The translations under genes were made by a program, and so were the position numbers. From NCBI GenBank assembly GCA_030704615.1, contig CM060732.1, forward strand, positions 46,810,001 through 46,874,000: 64,000 nucleotides of DNA, read 5' to 3'. Shown in pieces: positions 1 to 13,208 of the stretch (position 1 is its first letter; each line of letters starts with the position of its first letter). The notes under the pieces were generated by a model. It was given only the letters and a program-made list of their open reading frames with translations. It was not told the origin of the DNA and ran no database searches. Source of the DNA: Takakia lepidozioides (taxonomy: Eukaryota > Plantae > Bryophyta).

Positions 1-80
1 GCTTCTCCGAGTGGTGGGTCCACCAGTCGAACAGCTGCTTCTACAGAAGCCACATCAGATCCTAATCAAATAGAATGTAC

Positions 81-314
81 CTAAGAGACGTTGTTTTCCA
101 TACTCTTGTGGCCATAGACCCTGCGCCCAGTTTGGGCGGAACAAGAGGGAACAGATACTACCTTTGTGAGGGGCTCACTGCAGTAGTGGGACTTACCTTG
201 GTATCTACAATTGGTTCTGGCTTTCCAGATTTCCTCTAGAAAGCCCGTCATACAAGCATCAATCTGCTGTGTAAGAGCTGCCCAGCAATCAGAACCCAAC
301 CAAATAGAAAGCAT
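81..314 (-). pseudogene. 3' end fragment of a non-LTR retrotransposon (LINE) ORF2
   Basis: Translation TQQIDACMTGFLEEIWKARTN... aligns by eye with HTQQFDACVKRFLEDIWKTQIN... of the LINE fragment at 16246-16617. Confidence 0.55.
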
Positions 315-865
315 TGTGAAGGAAGGACCTTGGACAATCCCGTCGGATTAAAAAGTGTGATACGTAAATAAAGTAGAGGAAATGGACAAGCATTATGGTG
401 TCATCAATAAGAAAGTCGAAGTGAATTCGATACAGGAAGGTAATGCAAATACACACTCATTCGAATTGCGAAGAATAAATAGAAGTCTGAGAGAAACAGA
501 GAGGACACACACACCATCGGGAACCGAGACTTGAGCCGGCGCACTGAAGCAGAAGACAGAGCGACGAGGCTGGCTTACTCTCGCAGGAAACCTCACACTC
601 CCATACGGAATCAGCTCCACCTTCTTGGCACCGAGTCCACCAGGAAGCATCCTCAACCCCACCATTAAATCCATGCTCCGCTGCGCCTTCCTACCAGATG
701 AATTCAGGCAGTTGCACTTTGGCGGATCTACCGACCTCTGCCCTCCAAAAGGCAGCTCCCTAATCCTCACCCCCGCCGCTAAATCCATGCTCTGCTCTGC
801 TTTGCTTTCTAGCACCAGCCCACCTCCGAGCTGCGGGTCCTTCCTCTCGGTAGGATTGTGTCGTG

Positions 866-1586
866 CACTACAAAAAGGCCACCATGCTCCGTAGGGTATA
901 ACTGCAAGCAAACAGAATATTCCATTATGCCATTATTCCATCTATATTCTTAAGGATTTCTGTGGCATATGGGGTGTACAGTCCCTCGCCTAACCTCAAA
1001 AGGTATCCGGATAAAAAATATAATATATATATAGACCCCTCCGGAAGGGAGAGTAAATTATGGTGTCTCTTCACCACAAGGGCTACTACCTTCCGGCTGA
1101 AAGGTGGACACTGGACACCTTCATGACACACCAGACGGTGGTTTGAACCCACAACCACATTTGACGTGGTATGTGCCCATTACCACTGGGCTACATGCTA
1201 CAGGTATTTGGATAGATTGTATACCCGCTCAATACAGGTTAGAAGTTACGACTAGGGCTTCGCGTTGCTCCGCACTACTTGCACCGAATTCTGCGAACTA
1301 CGTTCAATTTTTCACAAAAAGGGGTGGGTCATCCCCATGGTGTTACATACATACATCCCATATTTCATTGTTTTCCGGAAGAAGAACGGCGGAGTGTTGC
1401 CGAAGCTACCATATTATTTTTATTTTTCAAAGGAAATAGGGCCGAAATCCTGCTGGTCCCTCCTCTTCGGCATCCCCAGAGTTTGGGAAGCATAAAAAGG
1501 GGTGGGTCATCCCCAGAGTGTTACATACATACATCATGTGTTTCTTTGATTTCAAAAAAATGGTGGATTGTTGCTGAGGCTACCAC
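866..1586. mobile_element. possible CACTA-type terminus remnant with ~95-bp direct repeat (1315-1412 / 1494-1586)
   Basis: CACTACAAAAAGG at 866; AAAAAGGGGTGGGTCATCCCC..GTGTTACATACATACATC occurs twice; abuts and truncates the PPR fragment; no partner TIR or TSD found. Confidence 0.3.
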
Positions 1587-2060
1587 ATCTTGTTTAGCCA
1601 TTCTGTCAAACGCTGAGAATGCATCCTTCATACTCCCACATTTGGCATACATGTCAACTAGAGTAGTCTCCGGAATGATATATGGGGCAATCCCAGCTTG
1701 TGTCGTAGAACGCGATGCTTGCAGGGTATGCACAGCAGGGGCGCGGGATGAAGGTCTGCTTCTGTAAGGTACTTCTTTGTGATGCAGTGCTGGTTCAAAA
1801 ATTTCAGAGCCTCTTTCAGTGTGCCTCATATAGTGTCCTCACAAGTTCAGAAGCGCCAAAAGAAATCTTGAGAACTTCCTCCCAGGGTCCTCTTTTGGAA
1901 GTGGAGATCATTGTGGAGGTGCCTGATTTTATCAATTGTGCTGCCACTGCCCCTTCAAGATGACCATCTACCCTTGCAGATTTTTTGTAGCTGTCAATCC
2001 TCAGTGGCTCATATGCACTCTGGTGCTTGAAATCAGGACCTCTCGGATGGACCTGCACCC
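1580..2060 (-). pseudogene. truncated PLS-class PPR gene fragment, paralog of the 26990-28812 gene
   Basis: PPR motif TTLVDMYAKCGSMKDAFSAFDRMAKQDVV; N-terminus QVHPRG..AQLIKSGTSTM matches QIHPRGAQLIKSGTSTM at 26990; upstream DNA also similar to 26860-26930. Confidence 0.8.
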
Positions 2061-2168
2061 ACGCTTCATCCCTGCTTCTTTCAGCTAACCCTGCCTGGGC
2101 AACAGTATGGCCCTGTGCTAAGAGCTGACAATAATAACCTAAAATTTATCTAGCAAACACTCTGACCA

Positions 2169-2179
2169 TACTTACCACA
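2169..2179. repeat. 11-bp target site duplication of transposon A (TACTTACCACA); partner is inverted at 29155-29165 (TGTGGTAAGTA)
   Basis: Exact reverse complements, each directly abutting an element terminus. Confidence 0.85.
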
Positions 2180-2739
2180 ACGACGCAATGGCGTGAGCGT
2201 TGCGCGTGAGCGCGTGAGCGTCATGTCAGCATGCTGATGTGGCGGTAAATGATGACGTGACACTGTCCGTCATCTGCCACGTCAGCATTAACATGCGCCG
2301 CCTATAACCGTGGATGGTCCTATGACCGTGGAATTAATGCAGGGAATCTTGCCTAAATAGAATCAAGACGAGCGTTGAGGCCTACAATTGCAGCATCCAA
2401 CATTGTGCAATTACAAATGCTTGTTTCACTTTTACAATTACGAGGACGAAAAAATATCCTCACAAAGTGTGCGCCATAAAGGCTGCCACGGGAAGACCTT
2501 CCTCCCTCCTCAAATAACAATGAGAGTTAGGATCATCTTCAAAAGATGATTGTAGTGCATAGCGACAGCAAGACATGTAGACTTCGAACGGTGCAATGAC
2601 AAATGTGCACTACCTAAAAGTTGTCACTCAGAGCTCACTCCGTATAGTTGGAGGCCATATCATTGCACCGCCGACGAATTGATGTGAATTACACATTTCA
2701 AATCATGGTCGTCCCACATACCACATTGCATAGTTGATG

Positions 2740-5700
2740 CTACCCATGTGTTGTATCCCGCTGCAAAAAAGTATCGACCTCGTTGAAACTCATAGTGGCC
2801 TGGTGAATGAAGTTGTCACGTTTGGATCGCAAACCATCCTCTTCAAAAATATGAAATACAAATGTTTGCAGGGTATGAATTTACCTCTCTTGCCCAAACT
2901 GGTTGATAGCATATTCACAAAATCAGGACATGTGCAATTGGGGAAATTGGAAACCGTGATGTCGTAGGTCCTGTCATGAACAGCAGATGTGGAAGTGATG
3001 ATTGTGAATACCCGACCATATCCTGGATCGGGTACTTCCGTGGTGCTTCCAACACGAGCTTGGAGCATTCTTGCGGACTCCACTTTGCCAAAGTGTTCAG
3101 CGGTTGGAGGGAAACGCCGAACGAGCTTTCCATCTCGTTTGGTTTGCCACAAGTCAGGATTTGCCGGGGGACCCGGGAGGACGCAGAAGTAGTAGCACAT
3201 GCATGGAGTTGGGGTTGTCTCGCAAGGGAAAAACCTGCCTCCTCCAGCATTTCAATCTCCTGAAAGCTGAGATGTGTTCCCACCTTCACGGGCCAAACGG
3301 TTGGAGGAGATGGCTTCATCACTACGGAAGGACGCACAGTTCCATGCACACATCTGGCACAATCATCTGCGCAGAACCAGAACTTGTGGTTCTTGGCTTC
3401 TGGTTGACCGTATGGACGCATCAAGCCCGTGAAAGTCGGAGCAGGAGTTCGGGCACCACCTCTGGGGATATAGATGAAGTGCACTTCTCGAAATTAGTTG
3501 CCCTGATCGCTGTACATTTCACACGAGACCCTACACTTGTGCGTTCTATGTGCCAAACGTGGTCGGGCATGCGGACTCAAGCACATCAAGGGGGTTGTTT
3601 CTCTCCTGCACCATTTCAGTGGCATTGTTTGATGCTGGAGCTTGCCGTCGTGTTGGAGGTTCCTCCACAATGGAGGTTCCGGACATGGAGCTGTCATGCA
3701 GGGGAACACGAGGCTTCGAGAAGTTATCACGGTCTGCCCTGTGGGAATCTGAATCCGAACCAGGTGGAGTGTTCAATTTCCTCTTACAGGAGCCGAATCT
3801 CTCCTCCCCTTCAAGATGTGGAACTCTAGAAACAAGTGGCGTTCCCTGGGCATACATGCTCACGCCCGTGCTATCTTGATTGGATCCCCAGATCTGTTTG
3901 CAGCACGCAACATCAACTCCCATTTGTCCGGACCCTTGCCACCAACCCCACCTCGTAAGAAATCACGGTATCGGGTTTGTTGTTGCAAGGCACGTATCAA
4001 ATCATCTGTTGTTTGCCACATACAAATCCCGACCTCGTTTCCCAGACTGCTGCAACCATGCGTTGTGCACAGTTTCTGCCAAATTGCAAGATGGCATGTC
4101 CGCCATTTCCTCAATGGACATGTTCTGCAAAGTGAGAACCACACTTCAAAACAGTGAACAGAAAACAACATAAAGAAAGCGAGGACACAATAAAATGGAA
4201 AGCAAATGTATGAATAAAGCAATAAATATAAGCCTCGTACCAATGCATGGCTGCTCCCCACTGTCTATACCGGAAGTGCCAAAACGCCAGCCAATCTTCC
4301 AATGCTCTCATACTCTCAAGTGATGCAGCTCCAGAAGAGAACCACCAGGCACGAATTGTCTGGAACAAAGTGTCCGCCTCCTTCATTGTTCTAGCATCTT
4401 TGTACTCTTTGCACAATTTACGGTGCTGAGTCTGCATCTCTGGTTTGATGTCCGACTTTGTATGTTTTTCCAGAGATTGTGTCCAATGGAATAGACATGT
4501 ACGCTCTCTTCCTGGCATAGGCACTTTTGGGTCGCCCGATCCGAAGACAATACGAAAGCATTGAAATTTGCTTGAGCACTATCCGCCATGAAACCTGCGA
4601 AATTTGGAGATGGCAGCCCATGGCAGCCCATGACACGTATCAGGGAATTCCACATGAGCTTCTGGGATTCCGTATCCTCGGATTGCATGTCACAAACTGC
4701 AATTGTCATAACTCGTTGGTACACTGGATCGTAGACATGACAAGCCATTGTCGTCCAATCCTTCACTCGTTTCACATGATCAAACATAAGAAAACAGTTC
4801 TGCAAGTCCCCAGTCTTCTGCATCCGCTTCACGAGGCTAACCCCACTGCCCTCCCCAACAGTCGACATTTTGAAAAGAAAACTTTGATGGCACCTTGACC
4901 TGGGAATACATTGTCCTGGATGTAATCGTACTTGCTCACTCGTTTCAATTCCAAAATATTGTCTATGTAGCCTCTGATCCCAGAGCCCATTCTCAATGCA
5001 TTGATCTGATGCCGAATGTTAGGTGAACTTAAAGTGGAGAAATGATCCATGACCAGGTCCAATGCTGCACCGTCAAGTTTAGTCCCCACAGAATCCCCTT
5101 CACTCAAAATATGGCTTTCCAAGAAGGACTTGCTTGCGCCAAGAGCAATTGCAGATGTTGTTGCGGATGGGTTTCTCCCGAACTCCTGTTTAATCAACCT
5201 CGATACTGTCTCAACACTCTCCCTGTAATCCCCTTCGAGACAGGATGGTTATGGAATCCAAAATGCACACAAGCTCTTGTCATTGTTTTCAAACGGTGGA
5301 CAACATAGTACATTCTTGCTCCGCAGAGCGCCAAGCAGGATGGCACAAGTTTGCAGAATTTGCAGACGAAAGTGTTTGCCGGTGGAGGGGCAGTCCCAGG
5401 CTGAAATGGATTTTCCGCCAGACCCTCCCATTCGCTTTGATTATGAACCCCAGACTGAAGAAAGTGTCTGCAATTCAAATTATCACACCTAAGGTGTCCA
5501 TTGCAAAACTGTCCTCCTGAAAACAAGCTTGTCATCATTCTGAATATTGGATGTTTTTGTTCTGCACCACGGGTGCCCGTCGTGTTTCTTGTCCATTCCA
5601 TGCATCATGATTGTTACACCTCCAACTCGCGGAGGAGGAGGCAGCTCGAATAGGATATCGCCATCAAAAGTCTCCGGCAAGAACTTCACAGGCACCTGCT

Positions 5701-6247
5701 TCAAAGATTCCCAATCAATTCCCCGCAACTCACTTTTGAATCCAGCCATTCCTCCCATCGCCCGCAATTTTGGAATGACACTACAAATCTCTTCTTCATC
5801 AGCTTCTCCAACCACAGTAGGAAGGACTGGATTTGGAATTTCACTTATGTCATCATCGGAAGAATCCGAAAGCTCAACGATTGGAGTGGAGGACGTCTGT
5901 TCTTTTTTCACCACCACCTCCCTCTTGTCTTCAACGACCGAAGCAGCAGTCCCGGGCGTCACATATGACCCAAGGGACTTTCGCCGAGGCTCTCCAAGTA
6001 CTTGTATCGACCAGGACGCACTCTCCACTGGCTGATATGAGCCGTCTCATCACGGTTTTGGAAAGAGTATTTCAACAACTTCCCTTTAAGATCGTACACC
6101 TCTTTCTCCAAAAAGATGGAGCCATTCTGCAGCTGAAAACGGGTAGCCAAGACATGTTCCAGAACAATTGCAAATCCATTGTCAAGGACTTTGGGAGAAC
6201 GGCACTGGTTTGTCGTCAGAGAAGAACTCCGCTTCAGAGGAAGCCAT
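2740..6247 (-). CDS. MULE-family DDE transposase with GCM/WRKY-like Zn domain and C-terminal SWIM finger (frameshifted; one intron 4125-4240)
   Basis: FLMFDHVKR (D), FMADSAQANFNA (D), TCLFHW (CxxH), CHLAETVHNAW (E), YDITVSNFPNCTCPDF..PCKHL (SWIM), DGHPWCRTKTSN..CNGHLRCDNLNC..GFHNHP; collinear with 48467-51971. Confidence 0.88.
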
Positions 6248-6999
6248 CTTCCTTCCTCGCGTACGTTTGTACCTTGCTATCGCAGATCTAGTGTAAATCG
6301 GTTTACTGATGTCTCCAGAACACAGTTGAAGAATGAGCAGAGAATATGGCGGAGGAAGCTCAGACAACGACTGTGCATATTATGTTATTCTTTCCAGATA
6401 TGCAGCCGTCCATTTTAATTACTTTTCTTGTGGGCCCAGTGGTCAGAGTATCCCTAGGGCAGTGTCGGCAGCTGTAAACCGTTAATCAGAACCTCATCAA
6501 TAAACCCAATAACAAAGCCGACTTCCTGGAAGCATGCCACAGGATCTGAGGATGGGATTGCAGATTAAGTAAATGTATCTTTATACTACTACCAATGATC
6601 ATGCGCACCTGGAAAGTTCCAAATGTGAAACGAATGTGGGGTTTGGCTAACAAGGATGACCGTGTATGATATTCCAAAATTTGTCATCAAACTCTCGTTC
6701 ATTTACATTTATTTGTGTAAGACTGTGCGCCAAGATTTCTGGGATTCGCTGTTATTTTTAAATATTGAAACCGTTCTAATAAAGAACACGCCGTTTATTT
6801 TGGGCGACACACGTCAGACATCCATAACTGAATACGAACAGCTGTACACCAATTGCTGGCATGTGCACTAATAAGGGAACGACTATGTGTAACGGTCACG
6901 CGGAGGGAATCCGATGCTTCTAGAGACAAGCAAGAACGCAGGCAATCCGCAAGAAATCGGGAGTCACTGCGTTTTTCTACTTTTCGCGCTTAGAGGAGA

Positions 7000-9900
7000 G
7001 TGGTAGTCAAGCTGGAGAGGGTTCCTTCTACAATACGAAAGAGAAGAAAGTCTCTTTATTTTACTTCCCTTAGAGAGAGACGCAGAGCAAGAGAGCAAAT
7101 GACGAGGCGTCGTTTGTTGGAGAACACAGGGCCAAGGCAGCAGGTGAACGCGGAGACTGATTCACAAGAGCAGACGGAGACTGAGGCAGCGGCTGTGACA
7201 CAGTCGGCGATAAGAGTGCGCCAGCCTGTGGAGGCAGAGATGATTCGCAGGGACACTGAAGAGGTGGAAGCACGCGGAACGCCGAACCGGGAGAAGGTCA
7301 AGAAACCCTAGAGCAGACAGAAATTCCAGCAGATGTGAGAGGGAAGAGGAAAGCTGCAGAAGGGGATCCAATTTCAAAACCTAAGAAGGCGCCAGTAAGG
7401 TTTCTCTAACTTACATTTCATTGTTGAAGATCTGCGTAGAGATTGAGTGGAATGTCCCAGACAGGGATTGTCGCTACCGACCATCACAACGGTGATTTGC
7501 TTTTACTCCTCTGCTAAGGGTTTAGCACAATGAGTGGGTGGGTCATTCACTGTTGTTCAGATCATACAGTCTGTCTGATTGCCTTTCAAACAGTCCTTCC
7601 TCTTCCCTTCTTTAGCACTACTGAATTGCGAGCGTCGTTAACGCCATTCGATTCTCCTCATGAGATTTATGTACCTATGTGTTTGAAGAGCCGGTTCAGA
7701 GAATCCATGCTCCAATCATCTGCACCGCCCTAAACTATACTGAATGTCGTTGCCGCCAATCACTTACATAGATGTCATTACACAACACCGATCCGGCAGG
7801 TCCTTATCTTTTGTGATTGTCGTTAACGCCGTTCGCTATCGCTCTCGCTTTTGTTTTGAATACGGCAGGTCAGCTTTTGTGTAGATTGTGCTGAATTGTT
7901 TCACACCATTCATGGTGAGTTTCTTGAGACAGAGTGATTGTCGTTACCGCCATTCACTATTTGCAAATTACTCAGTCAGAACTGAATGGCATCGTGCAGA
8001 AAACTGTGAGGTCGAAGCCTACAGGATCAGAGGGGAAAGGATCTGGAGATGGGGACGAGTCCGCAAAAAGCTCAGAGAATACAGATGAAGCAGATGAATC
8101 GAAGTGCACTACCTTGACAAGGTGAAAGAACTCATGTCATTCCAGAAGGTAAACTCTCAGGAGGTTATAAGGGACATGCTCGTATCTGGAGGGCGTCTGG
8201 ACATCCCTCTGTGCCGGATGATATCAATGCCTGTTGTGCGTCCACCTCTTTCCCATGACATAAACAAATTGGAGAGTGATTTTGTGCATGGATATAGACT
8301 TGGTGCACAAGTTTTTTATGTGTCACTGACGGATATAAATGGGAAAAGCACATTAGTGTCTCCAGAGATCAGTGATAACTGGGATGAGTGGAAAGATGCC
8401 AATGAGGAGTTCGAGCTGGGCCTCATGATGGGAAAGAACACCCAGCAATTCTGCAACCACATGTTCTACGTCTGGGACGGCAACCACCGATTGCTGGCAT
8501 GGATGGGATACATTCAGAAACACCATGCGAAAGACAAAGACAAGCATGTTGCTGTGGAGGCAATGGTTTTGGATCCTGGAAAACGACATCGCTAGGCTTC
8601 TTACAGCTATGCACGACGTGAACAAGTAAGTCATCCAGGAGTTCCCTCTGTAGTGTCTTATTAATCCTCAAAAAACAGTGTTAAGGAATGCAATGTTTCC
8701 AATGTTTTGCAGATCGACAGAGAAATCGCATGTGACAACAAGCTTGGTTCACACACTATTCCGAATTCAGAGGATTGGTCTGATGAAGCTGGATGATTTT
8801 CGGACAGTACTACCACCCAATATAATCAAGAAGTGCGAAACAGGAAGAGCTGCAGGCACTTGGTATTCTTTGACACGAGAGGCGTTTCTGGAGTACATGT
8901 ATGCGGTAAGCCCGAGTCTGTACTCTGTTTACTTTTCGAATACATGTTTGTAGTCCCTTCGGCTAATCACTACTTGAATCAATGCAGCAAGAACTGGCAG
9001 AGGCAGCTGAGAAGGGAAAATCCGAATATTACCGCACTACACCAGAGGAACTAAGGACATCAAAGGGTGTGGAAGCTGCAATAAAGAAGGAGTTTGAAAT
9101 GCGAAGAACCAAATTGATGTGCCTTCGGAAAGCAGCTTAGAATAGTAGATCCTGGACTTGGTCCTGAGTTCCTTCAGCAGATCAAAACACACTATGACAA
9201 GCATGTGCATCCGGAGATGCAGCAGGAGAAATTGCACCGGCTGGCCATATCGATGGTCGACCCACAAACAAAAAAGGTGGCTGGAGATATGGAACTCAGA
9301 TCAAACAGTAAAGGACTTGAATCAGTTCCCAAAGAGCACCATACAGCCTGGCACAAAGGTGGAAGGAATCAGTGATTTGGTGTTTGATAACTGGCTCCAC
9401 AAGGCTACATTTTGGAGTCAGGTGTGTATTCAAACATGCCGTTTTCTTCTCTTCAAGTATGTGATGAGTATCTTTTTGCAATTCTGACAAATATACATTT
9501 GCAGCTCGAAAAGCGCGCCGTCATTGTGCTGGATCAGACTTTGAAGGACCTGAACATTTCGATTGTTTCCCCTCCCCAAATGTCATTGGAGGCATACATA
9601 AGGAAGTGGAGAGGTCTCACCTGGAGATACTGTTTTTTCCGGGAGTTCTCCAAAGATGGTAACATTTTACGGTCCAACGACTTTGACAGTCAGGTTGGAG
9701 GAGAGTGGGCCATGATGCGAGTTGTGTACAGGTGCAATGTCACTTGAAACTCTACTGCTTTTTTTGGGAAAAAATGTGGCTTCATAAGGATTGCAATCAT
9801 AGATCCAGATTGAATGTCGTTGACGACATTCACTTCTTTGTCTGAGTCATTCTTAAGCGAGAGTATATGAATTCACCTGGTTAGGATCTAAGGGTGTAAT

Positions 9901-12700
9901 TATAGTGTCCCTGATTAGAATTGATAATGTCCTTGAATGGCGTTGACGACATTCACATACGGAGTTGTTGAGAGTCCTCAGAGTTATGTAAATTTTTGTA
10001 ATGTCCATATAGAGTTACAGTGAGGGTTCCTCACTTCATTTTGCTGAATGTCAATGCAGACATTCAGTTGTTCTGCATTGTTTTTGCCTCTTGCGAGGAA
10101 TCTGGAGGCTTGATAAGCTCTGTTATGAGAAATCCAAAGTGAATGTCGTTGACGACATTCACTTCTGTGTCTGTATTATTCACAGCGACAATTTGAATTT
10201 ACATGGATTGGGAGCTAAGTAATTGGTTCTTGTTTGTATTTTTGTGAATGGCGTTGACGCCATTCACATACAGTGTTGTTGTGAGGTCCTAGTGATATGT
10301 TCGTTATGAATGTGCATTGAGTTTTCCGGAGGGTTCCTTACTCGAGTTTATGATTTCATCCTTGATTTTGCTTCATTTAATTATTTGGATAGTGAATGTC
10401 GTTGACGACATTCACTTCTATGTCTGTGTCATTCTAAACGATATTTGCATTCACCTGGATTAGGGTGTATTTACAGTATCATTGAATGGAATGTTTTGAA
10501 TGGCGTTGACGACATTCATATCTGGAGCAGTCGTGTGGTCCTGAAAGGTCCTTGGAGCAGTTCTCAGAGCCATTTCAATCTATGTTTTTTTCATTCTGTT
10601 CTACTTGCATCTTACTCACTGAGCGCTTTTGTGGGTTGGGATTTATCTCCTTTTTTCAGGTACACGAAATATGTGCTTATGGAAGGAAATCACCTGAGCG
10701 GAATTCCGACTATCTTGACATGTGGTCGGACCCTGCAAACGATCCAACCATGTATACTGCAGGGATATTGAAGGACTGGAGTCCTTCTCACTTCAGAGAC
10801 TGTGGGTGGTACCTTGACTGCCCACCTGAGCACACGACCTTTCAAGAACAGCATATGAAATACTTGAACAATAACGCTGAGATGCTGGCGCCTTTGACTG
10901 ACGAAGAGTATCAACGAAACATAGCAACATTGGCTGCCAAGGAGCCTGATGCTCAGGGAACGCCGCAGAAGGGAAAGAAGGCGGGCCGCAAACCAAAAGA
11001 CAAGGCTGTTGATGTCATAGCCATCTCACCAGCAAAGCCAAAGGACAAAGACAAGTCCAAAGAGAAGGAAAAGGACAAGGGAAGGAGAAGAAAAGGAGAT
11101 GGAGAGTGGGCAGGACTTTACTGCTGGAAGATATACCCGCACTCTTCAGTGCGTGTTCGATGCCAAGCCACCCCTTCCCGTTCTGATTCAGCAGGAGAGA
11201 TGAAAATTGTTAATGAGGGTTGGCTTTCGATGATGCAGAGTCGAAAGAGAGGATACACTGGGGTGCCATCCCTACCTGGGACAATATAATCTCATTCCTC
11301 AATCTGGTGAGAATTCCAGTTCTTTCCTTTTTCTCTGAAAGTTTCGTTGGCAGTATTTCAGTCTCGTTCTTTGAAAACATTCTTGCCATCGTTCTTATAA
11401 AAAAACATGTCTGTTGCAGGTGAGCACAGGTCCCACCTTCGTGTGCGGTGTGCAGAAAACTTATGCGGCCGACATTGTCATTCTCGACATCCCGGATGGC
11501 CAGGCTGTGCCAGAAGTTCTTCCAAAGGGCAAGACGCCAGGCTGGAACAAATTCGAGGACAACTACTGGAGTTGGGTGTTCGGGTTCTGTAATAACTTCC
11601 TCTCTGATGCAGGGACACTTCTGCTTTTTCAGTCATGTGACAATGATAGTCGTCGGGCATTGGCATCATACCTCAAGTCTTCAGGGTTTGAAGTTTTGCG
11701 CACATGGAATTGTGTGAACAGCCTCTACCTTGTGAAAGGGGGTTTCCCTGGTCAGCTGGTATGCCGTCTCCCTTCTGCTTGTGCTTTCATGATGAGTTTC
11801 AATGTTCTCTGCAGCTCCACTCTAGTAGAATCTGTTATGATCGACACCGATCATCACCGATTCGTGATAAAAATTGATTTTTTTGTGTCTGAGTTCTGAA
11901 TAGCCGATGTACACACTTCCACTATAGATTTGTTTACCACACTAACCTGCTATCTTTGGCAGACGAGGATGTTCGAGGCGATCTGCCTGCGAGGATTCGC
12001 ACCTCAAAGACACCATCCTCCATCCGCAGCTTTGAGATTTCTGACCAGGGTTGTTTCGTCAACCCCCCCTATGAGCCCCATGTCGATGACATTTTGTACA
12101 ACTCATGCAGTCCAGTCAGACTCTGAAGAGACCAGATGGCACTCCCTGGAGAGGTGCAAAGGAAAAGTCCCCAGCGTTCATGCAAATACTGCTGAGTCAT
12201 GCAGCCACACCACGGGTGGTCGATCTTTCTATGTCCACAGGTTCGTTCTTTTCCCTTCCGAATTGGTTTTCTTTCAACAGTTTCATTGCTTAAATCCCCC
12301 CACCAAACTGTTCATGTCCTCCTGTCTAGTGCAGGAGCAACTTACCTGCATGCAAGGCAGGCAGAAGAAGTTTTTGCATGGAGGGTGATTCTGACCTCTA
12401 CAACACAGTGCTCCTCCCCCTTTTGTCTGGCTCCACTTCAGGCACACAGACTGATTGGATTCAAATTTGAAATGATGACGATCCCGAAGATAAGCAGGTC
12501 GACAACGACTTTTCATGTGAGTAGTGCTAAACCCTCTTTGGGAGCCATACTCAATTTCTCAATAACATCAAAGTTACATATAACTTTTTCAGGCTGTCTT
12601 TCAGGAAGGCAGCGGTGGATCTTCAGGAGATACAGTCATTTCTGGCGAGTCTGTTTTCGACAGCCCCCTTTCCAATTTTCTGCTTCCTGTTTATGCCGAA
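7000..12700 (+). CDS. multi-exon ParB/Srx-like domain + beta-class N6A/N4C DNA methyltransferase-like protein (copy A, frameshifted)
   Basis: ParB-like: VVRPPLSHDINKLESDFVHGY..FYVWDGNHRLLAW (8104-8595); MTase-like: DIVILDIPDG..FLSDAGTLLLF (11420-11758), PWRGAKEKSPAFMQ..VVDLSMSTG (12105-12240), ACKAGRRSFCMEGD (12335+); GT-AG introns e.g. 8626-8712, 8906-8987, 9422-9503, 11307-11419, 11759-11962, 12241-12334; homologous exons in copy B; start and end approximate. Confidence 0.8.
7464..7958. repeat. degenerate copies of the copy-A palindrome in the first intron
   Basis: TGAATGTCGTTGCCGCCAATCA (7741), TGATTGTCGTTAACGCCGTTCG (7814), GTGATTGTCGTTACCGCCATTCA (7934), GGATTGTCGCTACCGACCATCA (7465). 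Confidence 0.6.
9811..10518. repeat. intronic array of six palindromes TGAATG(T/G)CGTTGACG(A/C)CATTCA
   Basis: Copies at about 9811, 9934, 10140, 10245, 10393, 10497, within imperfect higher-order repeat units of roughly 250-330 bp. Confidence 0.9.
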
Positions 12701-13154
12701 GCAATGGCACTTCACGCGGCCGAGTCCCTATCCCCTGACTTTTTACTGCCCAGCCGTAGGTGTATCCAGCGTGGATCCGGTGTTCTCTTCCTTGCTTGCC
12801 CTCCAAGCTTGAAGATGGAAGCTTCAATGGGCTGCATTCGTCAAAAGTTTTGGTCATGCATCTTCCTGTCATGAATTTTTGCATTGCTCAACATCTATTA
12901 TACATTCATCCATTTTACTCTATCCATCCCTCATTCATCCATCTACATTCATTTTTCACACTCATCCATCTGTTTATCATCCAACTATACATTCATCCAT
13001 CCTTTATTCAATGCCTTTTATTATGTTGTCCAGCTTGTTTCCGCGGTAAAGGGTGCCAATCCGCGGGAATACACTCCACTTCTTTCTGGGCGCGTGGTGA
13101 CGCAGCCTTCACGTGTGATGACGTGGAGTGAGCCCCGTGACGTGGCATTGGCGC

Positions 13155-13208
13155 AAGGTACCCCACAGATCCGTAAAAAGCGTCTAAGTCCCAAGTAGTC
13201 CTCTAACA
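13155..13208 (-). repeat. first 54 bp of the 5' LTR of Gypsy element C, inverted and displaced
   Basis: Revcomp TGTTAGAGGACTACTTGGGACTTAGACG...GGGGTACCTT nearly identical to the 3' LTR start at 63843-63896. Confidence 0.9.

Larger units (their letters stand above)
2180..13154. mobile_element. Mutator-like (MULE) DNA transposon copy A, body; other terminus displaced to 29166-29224
   Basis: Terminus ACGACGC.. (revcomp GCGTCGT, as at end of copy B, 52683-52689); subterminal GCGTGAGC repeats; same two-gene layout as copy B; 11-bp TSD. Confidence 0.88.

Noticed and set aside
393-911. 172-aa ORF with an internal repeat
   Set aside because: Arises from a ~40-bp direct repeat (about 652-693 / 765-804); no family could be supported
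3071-3829. 252-aa + strand ORF and other antisense or overlapping ORFs over transposase, gag and pol genes
   Set aside because: Shadows of real opposite-strand coding sequence with no recognisable motifs
9811-10518. Palindrome arrays as CRISPR arrays
   Set aside because: Spacing is irregular (about 100-210 bp), the intervening DNA is itself repeated, the arrays are intronic in eukaryotic DNA, and there are no cas genes
7000-12700. Bacterial or phage contamination as the source of the ParB-MTase gene
   Set aside because: The gene has multiple GT-AG introns at shared positions in two copies and lies inside TSD-bounded plant transposons
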